Notes under the pieces: model-generated
Seen by the model: the letters and a program-made list of their open reading frames with translations, nothing else
What the model was told of the DNA's origin: nothing
Databases searched by the model: none
Part shown: piece after piece, positions 37,018 to 46,988 of the stretch
How the letters are laid out: each line of letters opens with the position of its first letter
Position numbering within the stretch: the stretch's first letter is position 1
Virus record (IMG/VR): IMGVR_UViG_3300031537_000001
Coordinates: 1-64,000 of that record
Strand: one strand, 5' to 3'
Origin: a virus
DNA length: 64,000 nucleotides
Made by a program: the position numbers and the translations under genes

Positions 37018-38204
37018 GTGTATATAATGAATTTTTAGACACATTAAAAAATAGAAGCATTCCAATTATTCCAAATCAATTAGCCAGAGTTGGAAACATA
37101 TTTAATATAGTTCAAGGTAGATATACTCTTGTAGGATCAGTAAGCGGGGTAGGGAAAACATCTTTTGTAGATGATGATTTTTTACTAAAACCATATGAAT
37201 GGTTACAAGTTACTAAATCGGATATCTATTTCGAAGGTTTATATTTTTCTATGGAAAGACAGGTTAGGGCCAAATTAGCAAAAATAACTAGTTGGTTACT
37301 TTTTGTTAAACATGGTATCAGACTTAGTTCAGAGATAATACTAGGAAATAATCCATTTAGAAAAGTATTACCTGAAGAACAACTTTTTATTGATAAATTA
37401 CAGCCTTGGATGGATGCTTTTCTTGAGATGGTAGATATTAAAGATGGCAGAAAAACAGTAAATGAAATAAAGCAAGAAATTGAATTGTTAGGAAAAAGGC
37501 TAGGTTTTCTTATTACTACTGATATAAATACTGTATTCATTGACGGAGTAGAGAAATTGAAATTCAAGGGCGAAGTTATAGCTACAAGAAAAGGAAATGT
37601 CCCTATTGTAAGATTTAATTTTCAAGACAAAAGCTATGTAATGAAACAAAATTCCAGGCTATTTGTCCCTAAGAATGAAAAATATATAATCACAATTATT
37701 GTAGACCATGTTGGAAAAATTAAAGAAGACGGTTACATTGGAAAGAAACAAGCTATCGATGCTTTGGACGCTGTTTTATCTGATGCTCGTGATGTGTATA
37801 ATTTTAATCCTATTGCTATTTCTCAATTCAATAGATCTTTATCGGACATTACTCGACTAAAGTATTCAAAAGGGAACTTAGAGCCTTTGTATGAGGACTT
37901 TAAAGATACCGGTAATACTGTTGAATCTGCTGATCTTGTTCTCAGTTTGTTTAATCCGTATAAATATGGTTCATATGATAGTGAGGGATTTTACAAAGGA
38001 TATGATATAAAACGTGGACTGTTAACTCCAGATGGAAATCAAAGATTTAGGTCTTTGCATATTTTAAAAAATAGTTATGGAGTTTCAGATGTAAGTTTTG
38101 GATTAAAGTTCTTAGGTGAGTGTATGTATTTTTCTACATTACCCAGACCTGATGATTTACCTAATTTACAAGCAGTTTATGAAAAAGTACAAGTTGGACT
38201 TTAA
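37014..38204 (+). CDS. DnaB-like (SF4) replicative helicase
   Basis: SGVGKTS, YFSME, IIVDH, ISQFNR, KDTG...ADLVL, ILKNSYG. Confidence 0.88.
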   Translation: MSVYNEFLDTLKNRSIPIIPNQLARVGNIFNIVQGRYTLVGSVSGVGKTSFVDDDFLLKPYEWLQVTKSDIYFEGLYFSMERQVRAKLAKITSWLLFVKHGIRLSSEIILGNNPFRKVLPEEQLFIDKLQPWMDAFLEMVDIKDGRKTVNEIKQEIELLGKRLGFLITTDINTVFIDGVEKLKFKGEVIATRKGNVPIVRFNFQDKSYVMKQNSRLFVPKNEKYIITIIVDHVGKIKEDGYIGKKQAIDALDAVLSDARDVYNFNPIAISQFNRSLSDITRLKYSKGNLEPLYEDFKDTGNTVESADLVLSLFNPYKYGSYDSEGFYKGYDIKRGLLTPDGNQRFRSLHILKNSYGVSDVSFGLKFLGECMYFSTLPRPDDLPNLQAVYEKVQVGL

Positions 38205-38220
38205 ATTAAAATTTTAATAT

Positions 38221-38910
38221 ATGAGATTATCCTTAGTTATTGGAAGAAGTGGATCTGGAAAAACTTCTTCTTTAAGATATGTTAATCCAGAGACTACAGC
38301 TATAATAGTTCCTAATAATAAAGAATTATTTCCTGGCTTCAATAAAGTCTATGTAGAGAAAAAGAATAAGATTACTACAAATGAAATTAATCATATTGAT
38401 GGAGTACTTACAATATTTGCTAAAAATCCAGCTATAAAATTAATTATCATAGAAGATCTTAATCATTTCTTTAATGCCAGAATTAATAGTATGGCTTTTA
38501 GAGCTCGAAATTCCGGAGGAGAAGTATTTGCCAGGTGGAATGATTTTGGAGGAGATGTAGCTGAACATTTAGTAACTGCTATATCAAGAAATACTTCTAA
38601 TGTTGATGTATTTGTGTTCGCACATACAGATATTAAAGAAGATGGACATATTGGTATGAAAACTTCGGGTAAATTACTCGACAATACTATTGATATTCCA
38701 AGCTATGTAGATTGTTTGTTTCATTCTGTAGTTATTGAAGAAGCTGGAGTTACGAAGTATAAGTTTTTAACTAATACTGATGGAATTCATTTAGCTAAAA
38801 CTCCAGCAGGAATGTTTCCAGAGAAATATATTCCTAATGACCTAAAATTTATTTTAGAGCGTATGGAAAAATATCGTAAAGGTGAAATAAAACCTGCTTG
38901 GATAGATTAA
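38221..38910 (+). CDS. AAA_24/Sak4-like P-loop ATPase
   Basis: GRSGSGKTSS, IIIED, FAH, TSGKLLD, AKTP.GMF...IPNDL. Confidence 0.8.
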   Translation: MRLSLVIGRSGSGKTSSLRYVNPETTAIIVPNNKELFPGFNKVYVEKKNKITTNEINHIDGVLTIFAKNPAIKLIIIEDLNHFFNARINSMAFRARNSGGEVFARWNDFGGDVAEHLVTAISRNTSNVDVFVFAHTDIKEDGHIGMKTSGKLLDNTIDIPSYVDCLFHSVVIEEAGVTKYKFLTNTDGIHLAKTPAGMFPEKYIPNDLKFILERMEKYRKGEIKPAWID

Positions 38911-38935
38911 ATTGTAACTTTTTAATTTTTTAAAT

Positions 38936-39682
38936 ATGATAAGATTAGGGATTAATGAAAATGTAAAAATAGGTTCAGGTACAGAAGTAACTGATAAAGG
39001 ATTAACATTTAACTTCGTTAGAGGTACGAGCTCAACTTTTGATGCTTTTGTAAATGATGGAGATATAGAAGATAGTATAAATATCTTCTTACCAACTATA
39101 TTCGTATTAGAGTTTGGTAAAACTACTCCAAGGGATCCAAAAGCAATCGCAAAAGATGTAAAGCGTAATGTATCCTATATGAAAAGTATTTTAGGTATCT
39201 ATCTTAAATTAGAAGAAGTAGATAAATACCTTGGGGGAGGAGCTTTAGCAAAACTTTTTGCTAAATACGGAGCCACAGCAGAAAATTTAGATTCTAAATG
39301 GACTGATGAAAAATTTGTTAATGGATTTATGATGGATTGTTCTAAAGCTTTTGTTAAAGCTATAGCAGACCATAAATTAACAACCAGACCTGAATTATTT
39401 AGGATTAAACTTCCCAGACAATCAAAAAACAATTTCGCTGCTTTACCATTGAGTATTTATACACCTTGGATTGAAAGTATGGATGTTGAAAAATCAGCTA
39501 TTGAATGGTCTGATTACGAGATTCAACATAAATTGGATAGAATGATTGATATTGCTACTGATCCTACTGCTCCGGCTGAAGTAAAAACTGCTGAAACATT
39601 GTTTGGAGATAATGGACAAAATACTACTCCAGCTAACGATGTTACTATAAATGAAATTTTTCCTGAACCGAAAAAGGAATAA
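38936..39682 (+). CDS. Putative single-stranded DNA-binding protein
   Basis: Follows the Sak4-like ATPase; acidic, low-complexity C-tail. Confidence 0.45.
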   Translation: MIRLGINENVKIGSGTEVTDKGLTFNFVRGTSSTFDAFVNDGDIEDSINIFLPTIFVLEFGKTTPRDPKAIAKDVKRNVSYMKSILGIYLKLEEVDKYLGGGALAKLFAKYGATAENLDSKWTDEKFVNGFMMDCSKAFVKAIADHKLTTRPELFRIKLPRQSKNNFAALPLSIYTPWIESMDVEKSAIEWSDYEIQHKLDRMIDIATDPTAPAEVKTAETLFGDNGQNTTPANDVTINEIFPEPKKE

Positions 39683-39684
39683 TC

Positions 39685-40710
39685 ATGTGTTTACTGGAAG
39701 ACTATTTGATTGAAAATAGCTTATCAGTAGAATCTATACATAAATATGTAGATGATTATTCAATATTTTCATTTTACATAGGAAAGGAGTTAGAGATAAA
39801 TAAAATCTACTCCTCTCCTTTAAGAGATTCAGATGAGCATCCTTCTTTTGCTTTATATGAAGCCAGAGATGGTAGTATCATGTTTAAAGATCATGGCCGA
39901 AATTTAAAAGGTGGTGTACTAAAATTTGTTAGACATTTGTTATCTGAGGATTGGGATAATCTTATTCCATTTCAAGATGTATTGCATCAAATCAATATTG
40001 ATTTTGATATAGGTCTTGCAGGAACTCCGAAAACATTTAAACCACGAGCAAAAATAATAAAAAGTTACAGTAAAAAACCAAAAACCAAAATAGAAATCGT
40101 ATCTAAAAGGTATAACTCATCATTTTTAGATTACTTTACTGGAAAATATGATATTACATCAGACATATTAAAAATGTATAATGTATATAATGTAGCTATG
40201 GCAAAGTTTAATCTATTTCTAGTGTATCAAAAAACTCTTTGTATCGCATATAAAATAGGTAAATATTATAAATTATGTATGCCATTTAATCCAAAAGGAG
40301 AAAGATTTAGAACTGATTTTCCTCCTAATTATGTAGAAGGATTCTTACAATTAAAGTATAAGTTACCATTTGTAATTATTACTAAAGCTATGAAGGAAGT
40401 AATGTTTTTTAGGAAACATTTCGATTGGGATTCTGTTGCAGGAAAGAGCGAAAATACTATGATACCAGATTTTATAATGAAAAAGTTATTTATCCGCTAT
40501 AAGTGCGTTTTTATTTGGTTGGATAGAGATCAGGGTGGAATCGAAGCTACAAAAGCTTATTTAGATAAATACCCTGGTCTTATCTCTATTAACTATCCTA
40601 CTTCAATAAAAGAAAAGGATGTTACTGATAGATATTTTTACATGAAAACTTTAAATAAAGAAAAAGAAAGCTTAAAAGAAATAGAAAATGTCGTTATTGG
40701 ATATAAGTGA
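39685..40710 (+). CDS. DNA primase (crAss-type DnaG/TOPRIM)
   Basis: SPLRD.DEHPSF...FKDHG N-terminus; IITKAMKE and WLDRD.GG TOPRIM; KDVTD. Confidence 0.85.
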   Translation: MCLLEDYLIENSLSVESIHKYVDDYSIFSFYIGKELEINKIYSSPLRDSDEHPSFALYEARDGSIMFKDHGRNLKGGVLKFVRHLLSEDWDNLIPFQDVLHQINIDFDIGLAGTPKTFKPRAKIIKSYSKKPKTKIEIVSKRYNSSFLDYFTGKYDITSDILKMYNVYNVAMAKFNLFLVYQKTLCIAYKIGKYYKLCMPFNPKGERFRTDFPPNYVEGFLQLKYKLPFVIITKAMKEVMFFRKHFDWDSVAGKSENTMIPDFIMKKLFIRYKCVFIWLDRDQGGIEATKAYLDKYPGLISINYPTSIKEKDVTDRYFYMKTLNKEKESLKEIENVVIGYK

Positions 40711-43291
40711 AAGTAAGAATATTGGGCTTGTTAAAGAGCTTGATGAAGCTTCTATTGATTTAATATTTAGTAATCTTCAAGAATCTCAATATAGCTTCCC
40801 TATAAAGTCGTTTATCAGGGAAATATTTTCTAATGCTTTAGATAGTATTAGGGAGAAGGAGATTGCTTTTGATATTATTATGAATGGAACTGATGTGAAT
40901 AAGTACTTTGTTACAAGATTTGAAGACGTTGTTATAGATTCAAATTTTGATGCAAGTTACTATGATTTCTCCTTTCTTGATATGGAATCAAAAAAGGTTG
41001 AAATAGTCTATACGCGAAGAGAAGAAGCCCCAAAAGATTTAATTACTATATTAGATAAAGGTGTGGGATTAAGCTCTGAAAGATTGCGTAATTATTTAAA
41101 ATTGGGATGGTCTAGCAAAAGAAATACTAAATATGCTATAGGAAAATTTGGAATTGGAGCCAAGAGTGGTTTAGCAACCGGTGCTGAATTTTTTGTAGTT
41201 AGAACCGTTTACAATGGGTATACTACTTCTTTTATGATATACAAAGAACATTTTCATTGTATAACCAAAGATGATTTTAGTGGATATACTGAAGTATGGA
41301 AAGGTCATTCTAAAGAAGGTACTGAACTAGAGATCCCGGTAGTTTGGAATTCAACTAAAGCTGCAAATGGAGTAACAATTGAGCTCGAGGTACAATCCTA
41401 TACAAAGGATAATTATATTCGAGCTATAAAAGAACAGTTATTATACTTTTATGATAGAGTAAGTTTTTTCTGTGAAGAAAATTCAATAAAGATGGAGTTT
41501 GAATTTCTATTAGAGCCGGAATTTGATTCTAATAATTGCATCGTAACCAAGTCAAGTATTATGTCAGAACCTCACCTTGTATTAGATGGAGTTAATTACG
41601 GTATAATCTCCTGGTCTGAGTTAGGCATGGAAAAACGGTATGGAAATATAGGGATTAAAGTATCTCCTAGTGATATTGATGTAAATCAATCGAGAGAGAA
41701 TGTAATCTGGTCTGAAAAGACTAAAACTACTGTTCTTGCTAAAATACAAGAAGTTACTAAAGATGCAGAATTATATCTTCAAGATAAAATAAGTTATATT
41801 GAAAACTATTTTGAATGGTGTGGTACTATGGGACAGACTAAAAGTAAAGTAGAAGGAGAATTAGTTCTTCATACTTTTAAAAGATTTGTTCCGAAAGCTA
41901 ATCTTAATTTAGTTTGGGAATTTAAAGACTTTGATACTTTAGATGGTTTAGCAGAAGATTTTAGATTTTTAAATACTTCATTCTTCTCTGACTATAATGT
42001 GGAAGAATATTTTACTTTAAAAAATGTTTATCTGAATTCTTATAGAGGAAAAACGGTTATTGCACAAGATAATGTTTATGCAAAAGATCTCAATTCTAAA
42101 ATAGTAGTATACGCTTCTGAAAAATCTATAAATATAGAATTTGTTGAGTATATTTTAAAAAAGTATTCAATAAGTAATTTTTATTATTTACGTCCTGCTG
42201 AAAGATCTTCTTCTAAAGCGACTTATTTTAATGCAATTACAGTTTTTAAATATTTACTTGAAAAATATGCTATTAATTTAGATACTTTCGAATATCCTCA
42301 AGAATATTTTGATGAATTGGCAAGGAAGGAAGAAGCAATTAAAGCAGAAAAAGAAAGGATTGCTCAAGAAGAACGTGAAAGAAAAAGATTAGAAAGGGAA
42401 AGTAAGAAAAAAGCTACTAATATTACTACTGAAGTAAAAATAACTGTTAAAAATGTATATTGGAAAAGCTATAATAAATTTTATCGGGAAAGTACCCAAA
42501 AAATATGGAAATCTCATGATTCCAGTTCTTTTGTATATAATATGTCTTATGATAGTTTTACTCTTGATTCTTTACGAAAATCTGGTACTAATATTTTTGC
42601 TAAAACTTCGGATGCTGGTATACTAAAAGCCGTTGTTGCATATCTTGCTAGTAGTAAAGTTATAGAAGATTTTGAAGGTTACAATTTTATTATTGTATCA
42701 CAGGATAATTATGAATTTTTACGTAAACAAGAAGATTTTATACCTTTAGAAAAATTTATTATGAATGAAGTTGGGGATACTTTAACTTTACATGAGTTAT
42801 TTGTACAGTATAATACACGAAGAATTTTATCAGAATTATTTGCAAAACATCACTGGTTGAAACCTGTAAGTAAACTAAAGGGTATAGATGATGATTTTGA
42901 TAAATTAGTTGAAACCTTTGATTCTTATAAATCTATTGCCTTAAATGTAAGAGAAGGAACCAGAGATCTTATTTTAAGTGCATATACAGCACTTACTGCT
43001 GAACAAACTGATATATTTAATGCTTTAGATCAGTATCTCAAAAACACAGAGATAATTCATAGACTTATCTCTGAAGGAAAAACAGATGAATTAAAAGACA
43101 AATCAAAAGAGTTATTTGGAAGTGATGTTCCATTAACTATTACTGCATTTGATGAAAAGTTCATCAACACAATAGAGTCATTCATAAAAAAAGTAGAACC
43201 AATTGTAGATATTTTACTATTTTTAGATTATGATTCTATGTCTATGGATGATATTACAAATGTAGTATCTATATTAAATAAACTTTTGTAA
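40688..43291 (+). CDS. rIIA-like protein (GHKL ATPase)
   Basis: REIFSNALDS, DKGVGLS, SSKR...IGKFGIGAKS, NGVTI, SRENV. Confidence 0.85.
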   Translation: MSLLDISESKNIGLVKELDEASIDLIFSNLQESQYSFPIKSFIREIFSNALDSIREKEIAFDIIMNGTDVNKYFVTRFEDVVIDSNFDASYYDFSFLDMESKKVEIVYTRREEAPKDLITILDKGVGLSSERLRNYLKLGWSSKRNTKYAIGKFGIGAKSGLATGAEFFVVRTVYNGYTTSFMIYKEHFHCITKDDFSGYTEVWKGHSKEGTELEIPVVWNSTKAANGVTIELEVQSYTKDNYIRAIKEQLLYFYDRVSFFCEENSIKMEFEFLLEPEFDSNNCIVTKSSIMSEPHLVLDGVNYGIISWSELGMEKRYGNIGIKVSPSDIDVNQSRENVIWSEKTKTTVLAKIQEVTKDAELYLQDKISYIENYFEWCGTMGQTKSKVEGELVLHTFKRFVPKANLNLVWEFKDFDTLDGLAEDFRFLNTSFFSDYNVEEYFTLKNVYLNSYRGKTVIAQDNVYAKDLNSKIVVYASEKSINIEFVEYILKKYSISNFYYLRPAERSSSKATYFNAITVFKYLLEKYAINLDTFEYPQEYFDELARKEEAIKAEKERIAQEERERKRLERESKKKATNITTEVKITVKNVYWKSYNKFYRESTQKIWKSHDSSSFVYNMSYDSFTLDSLRKSGTNIFAKTSDAGILKAVVAYLASSKVIEDFEGYNFIIVSQDNYEFLRKQEDFIPLEKFIMNEVGDTLTLHELFVQYNTRRILSELFAKHHWLKPVSKLKGIDDDFDKLVETFDSYKSIALNVREGTRDLILSAYTALTAEQTDIFNALDQYLKNTEIIHRLISEGKTDELKDKSKELFGSDVPLTITAFDEKFINTIESFIKKVEPIVDILLFLDYDSMSMDDITNVVSILNKLL

Positions 43292-43306
43292 CTTAATATT
43301 TTAAAT

Positions 43307-44542
43307 ATGATAATAATTAATAGAACAGACAAAAACATTGTCGGAGCTATAAATGGTAAACCTTTTTCTATACCATTTAATGAGCAATTGTATACTAAAC
43401 TGGTAAAGATTAGTGAAGATTTTGTTTCTTCTACCGAGTTGCCTAAAGCTAATGCATTGTTAGAAGAAGCAAATAAATTAACAATACTAAACTTTAAAGA
43501 GCTTATTGCTACTTCTAATCCTTATTTGCATTATAATCCAGTTAAGGATTTATACTACCTTGTAGTTAACAAAGGTAAGAAGGATGAATATGTTATTGAT
43601 AAACCTTTACCAGTTGGATTATCGGAAAGGATAGTCGAATCTTTTGAAAAGGGATTTAGTTTTATGCCTATTATTAAAGCATGGATCAGATTCTTACAAA
43701 GGGATAAAGAATATTCTGAAACAGACGCAGCATTTTTCAGCAGATATTTAAATACTATGTATATTGACTATGAGGCTGTTGATAAGTTGGTGGAAACTGA
43801 AGGATTATCTGAAGATACTGCTGTTGAACGTTGTACTTTTAACGATCTGGCTATTACTCAAGAAGGTTTATTGGCTACTTATAAAGTAGTAAATGAAATC
43901 AAAACTGAGTGGGTTCTTGTTACAGATGAAGAAGGTAATGTAGTACTTAATTCAGATGATTCACCTCAAAAGAAACAAGTTCTAAAAAAGGAATATCAGA
44001 GTCAGTATGACATTGATCCTTTAACCGGAGAAACGAAAACTACTGTAGGTAAACCCGTATATGTCGAAGATAGATATTTTACTCCAGCTATTCATAAACA
44101 TGGAGAGAATTTCTACTCAGGAGATAAATATGGTTATATTTATAAAGTAGGTGAAGCTCAGTATTTACCTAAGATAAATCCTAATACTAATGAATCTGCA
44201 AATGTAAATAAAGAAAATTCTTTTGGAGGTGGTGGTCTATACACAGGAGGGCTTAACTATATTAAAAACTACAGATCTCAAGGAGATGTTGTTTTAGTAT
44301 GTTTCTTAGATCCTGCAAACATTATTTCTTTTCAAGATGATGGATCAGCTATGCGTACTTGGGAATTATTTCCTCACAATATCTTAGAGGATGATGTAAC
44401 TTTAAAAGGTTTATATCACTCTTCTCAGTATGCAAAAGAATCTTCAGCTAAAACTATTTTAAGATTACAAGAAATTGCTGATAAAGAAAGAGAAGCTTTA
44501 GACAAAAAATCAGAAGAGATTAGTAACTTAAATAAGATTTAG
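43307..44542 (+). CDS. rIIB-like protein
   Basis: ITQEGLLATYK, GGLYTGGLNY...DPANI motifs; directly after rIIA. Confidence 0.75.
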   Translation: MIIINRTDKNIVGAINGKPFSIPFNEQLYTKLVKISEDFVSSTELPKANALLEEANKLTILNFKELIATSNPYLHYNPVKDLYYLVVNKGKKDEYVIDKPLPVGLSERIVESFEKGFSFMPIIKAWIRFLQRDKEYSETDAAFFSRYLNTMYIDYEAVDKLVETEGLSEDTAVERCTFNDLAITQEGLLATYKVVNEIKTEWVLVTDEEGNVVLNSDDSPQKKQVLKKEYQSQYDIDPLTGETKTTVGKPVYVEDRYFTPAIHKHGENFYSGDKYGYIYKVGEAQYLPKINPNTNESANVNKENSFGGGGLYTGGLNYIKNYRSQGDVVLVCFLDPANIISFQDDGSAMRTWELFPHNILEDDVTLKGLYHSSQYAKESSAKTILRLQEIADKEREALDKKSEEISNLNKI

Positions 44543-44543
44543 T

Positions 44544-45035
44544 ATGGGTACCGGTACACGAAATAAAAATGCCGGTAGTAATTGGGAAAGAGAAATTGTT
44601 ACATTATTAAATTCTGAGAAAATTTTTCATAAAGTCGGAACTTCCCGACTTTTAAGTAAAAGTTTTGATGATAATAAAATTGATGTTATAACTGAAGTTA
44701 TTTCAAAAATGGAAGAGTTTGGCTTGGCTATCCAAGCCAAAACTTCTACTACTACTCTCAGATATCCACAATTACTAAATGAGGTTAAAGAAGGTATGTC
44801 TAAATTGGGAATATCTTGTACTCCAGTTATTTTCCACAAACAAACTCAGCGAGTCAAAGAAAGATTTATGCCCAGAGGAACATTTGCTTCTTTATATTTA
44901 GGAGATTTTATAAAGATATTTAAGAAGTTAGAAGTTTATAAACAAGCTTATGAACTATTAAATTCTTACTTTGACAGCATTCCTGATGATGAAAAAGATT
45001 CAGTAAATGCTAAACTATTAAAATTAGAGTTATGA
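44544..45035 (+). CDS. PD-(D/E)XK nuclease (Holliday junction resolvase-like)
   Basis: GSNWERE...DDNKID...IQAK. Confidence 0.75.
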   Translation: MGTGTRNKNAGSNWEREIVTLLNSEKIFHKVGTSRLLSKSFDDNKIDVITEVISKMEEFGLAIQAKTSTTTLRYPQLLNEVKEGMSKLGISCTPVIFHKQTQRVKERFMPRGTFASLYLGDFIKIFKKLEVYKQAYELLNSYFDSIPDDEKDSVNAKLLKLEL

Positions 45036-45781
45036 TTTCAGCTATAGTAGATTTAGATTCTCTAGGATTTATTGTTGCTTACCAACAATTTGTAAAGTTA
45101 GAGAATAAGACTGATGCGGAGAAAGTAAAGAATCATGTTAAAGACTTCGTTTCTTCCATTTTAAATAGTGTGGGAGCCGAAGAATATATGTTATTTTATC
45201 AATCTCAGAAACATAAAAATTATAGGCTTGAAATTTATCCGGAATATAAGGCTAATCGTCCTGAAACACCGGAGTTCTTTACTCATTGGAGGTCTGTTTT
45301 ATATAAAATCTATGAAGAATTAGGAGCTGTAGCACTAAATACTATCGAAACTGATGATGCTTTAAGTATTGTATTTAAGATATTTCCAGAAAAAGAAATA
45401 GTTTTATGTCATAATGATAAAGATATGTTTCAGATTCCTTGTAAACATTATTTATATAAAAAACTAAAATTTATTGATATTTCTATAGCAGATTCTATCC
45501 GTAACCTAAATATTCAGCTATTACAAGGTGATTCTATAGACAATATAAAAGGTTGTCGAAGAATAGGAGAAGTAAAAGCTGCAAAAGCAATTGATTCAGG
45601 CCAATCAGTTATAGATGTTTATAAATCTGTTTATGGGACCGATTGGAGACAACATTATGTACTTAATGCTAAAATGATTATATTAGGAAGAGTAAAAGAA
45701 GATTTTCCTATAAAGTGGATAAAAAACACTAATTTGTTTAAAGTTGATGCTTTATTTGAATGTAAAAGTTTATTTGATTAA
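45032..45781 (+). CDS. 5'-3' exonuclease/flap endonuclease
   Basis: VDLDS, NYR..IYPEYKANR, ETDD, DKD, GDSIDNIKG..IGEVKA. Confidence 0.9.
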   Translation: MISAIVDLDSLGFIVAYQQFVKLENKTDAEKVKNHVKDFVSSILNSVGAEEYMLFYQSQKHKNYRLEIYPEYKANRPETPEFFTHWRSVLYKIYEELGAVALNTIETDDALSIVFKIFPEKEIVLCHNDKDMFQIPCKHYLYKKLKFIDISIADSIRNLNIQLLQGDSIDNIKGCRRIGEVKAAKAIDSGQSVIDVYKSVYGTDWRQHYVLNAKMIILGRVKEDFPIKWIKNTNLFKVDALFECKSLFD

Positions 45782-45819
45782 ATAATATCACCAATAACTT
45801 ACTAAAATTATATACTGTT

Positions 45820-46374
45820 ATGGGTAATAGATTTCTTAAAGATCCAAGCGATAATATTTTTAATTATTACATTTTACCGCTTATAGGATTAAACAAAGTA
45901 AGTTTTGGAGATTGCTTTATAAAAACATTGTTAAACAAAAGTTATGATGCTATTTTTGTTCAGGTAGCTTCGGTAGAAAATAAGAATAAATTTCTTGATT
46001 TTCCTTACTTTGAATCTATTGTAGAACATAAAACTGGTTTATTCTTTAAATTTTCTATACCCGCTATATTTTCTGAAGATATTAAGTTAATTGGGTCAGG
46101 AAAGTATAGTTTAATTTCAATCCAAGCTAAAACATTTATCAAATCTTACTCTGGTTTAGCTTATAATGTTAAATCTTCTGATGGTAAAACAATTGTTTCT
46201 AAGGCTTTATTAGCCTTGGATAAACATGTTGCATTAATAGAGTATTATGCTGATTATTTGGGTTTAACTGAAAAAGAAATTGAAGATTGTATTACTATTC
46301 CTGATATAGAATTGATGGATGAGCCTTATGAAAATGATTTTATAGAGAATTTTAAAATGGAAAAGAGTGTTTAA
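45820..46374 (+). CDS. Conserved hypothetical protein
   Basis: YILPLIG...DIKLI.SGKYS.IS pattern. Confidence 0.6.
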   Translation: MGNRFLKDPSDNIFNYYILPLIGLNKVSFGDCFIKTLLNKSYDAIFVQVASVENKNKFLDFPYFESIVEHKTGLFFKFSIPAIFSEDIKLIGSGKYSLISIQAKTFIKSYSGLAYNVKSSDGKTIVSKALLALDKHVALIEYYADYLGLTEKEIEDCITIPDIELMDEPYENDFIENFKMEKSV

Positions 46375-46409
46375 TACTCTTTTCCTATTGTTTAACTAAA
46401 AATTTAATA

Positions 46410-46988
46410 ATGAAAAAAGTTATAGTTATTATCATATTTCTTATAAGTTTTTATTATACAGCTACTAATGCTACTAATAAATATTTATCTGAATCAATAC
46501 ATCAGTATTCTTATAATCTGATGTTGAAAGAAACTGTAATTAATAAATTTGAAGAAGTTATAAATTTAATAAAACTCCATGAAGGGTTTAGGTCTACACC
46601 ATATGATGATTGTGGCTATTTAGCTATAGGATATGGACAAAGACTCGCCTTTTTTACTACTTTTAAGATAGGTAATTATGTTACCGAAGAAACAGCCGAT
46701 AATATTCTCAGGATTAGTTTCGATAACCACTTAAAGTTAGTTGATTATTATTTCCCAGGATTAAATCAATTTCAAAGATTTTCTGTTGCTCATATGAGTT
46801 ATAGTATTGGTCTTGGAAATGTAATAAAGTATAAATATCTATATAAAGAAGAAGGATGTTGGAAAATAAATCAACATAAACTTTATACTACTCGAAAAGT
46901 TGATAGAATTAATTCTAAATACAGGGAAAATCGGATATTTGAGTATAATTTATTTAATTTTAAAATAAACATGCACAAAAATGGATAA
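46410..46988 (+). CDS. GH24-like lysozyme with an N-terminal hydrophobic signal
   Basis: IKLHEGFRSTPYDDCGYLAIGYGQ; SYSIGLG; R..E near the C-terminus. Confidence 0.75.
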   Translation: MKKVIVIIIFLISFYYTATNATNKYLSESIHQYSYNLMLKETVINKFEEVINLIKLHEGFRSTPYDDCGYLAIGYGQRLAFFTTFKIGNYVTEETADNILRISFDNHLKLVDYYFPGLNQFQRFSVAHMSYSIGLGNVIKYKYLYKEEGCWKINQHKLYTTRKVDRINSKYRENRIFEYNLFNFKINMHKNG

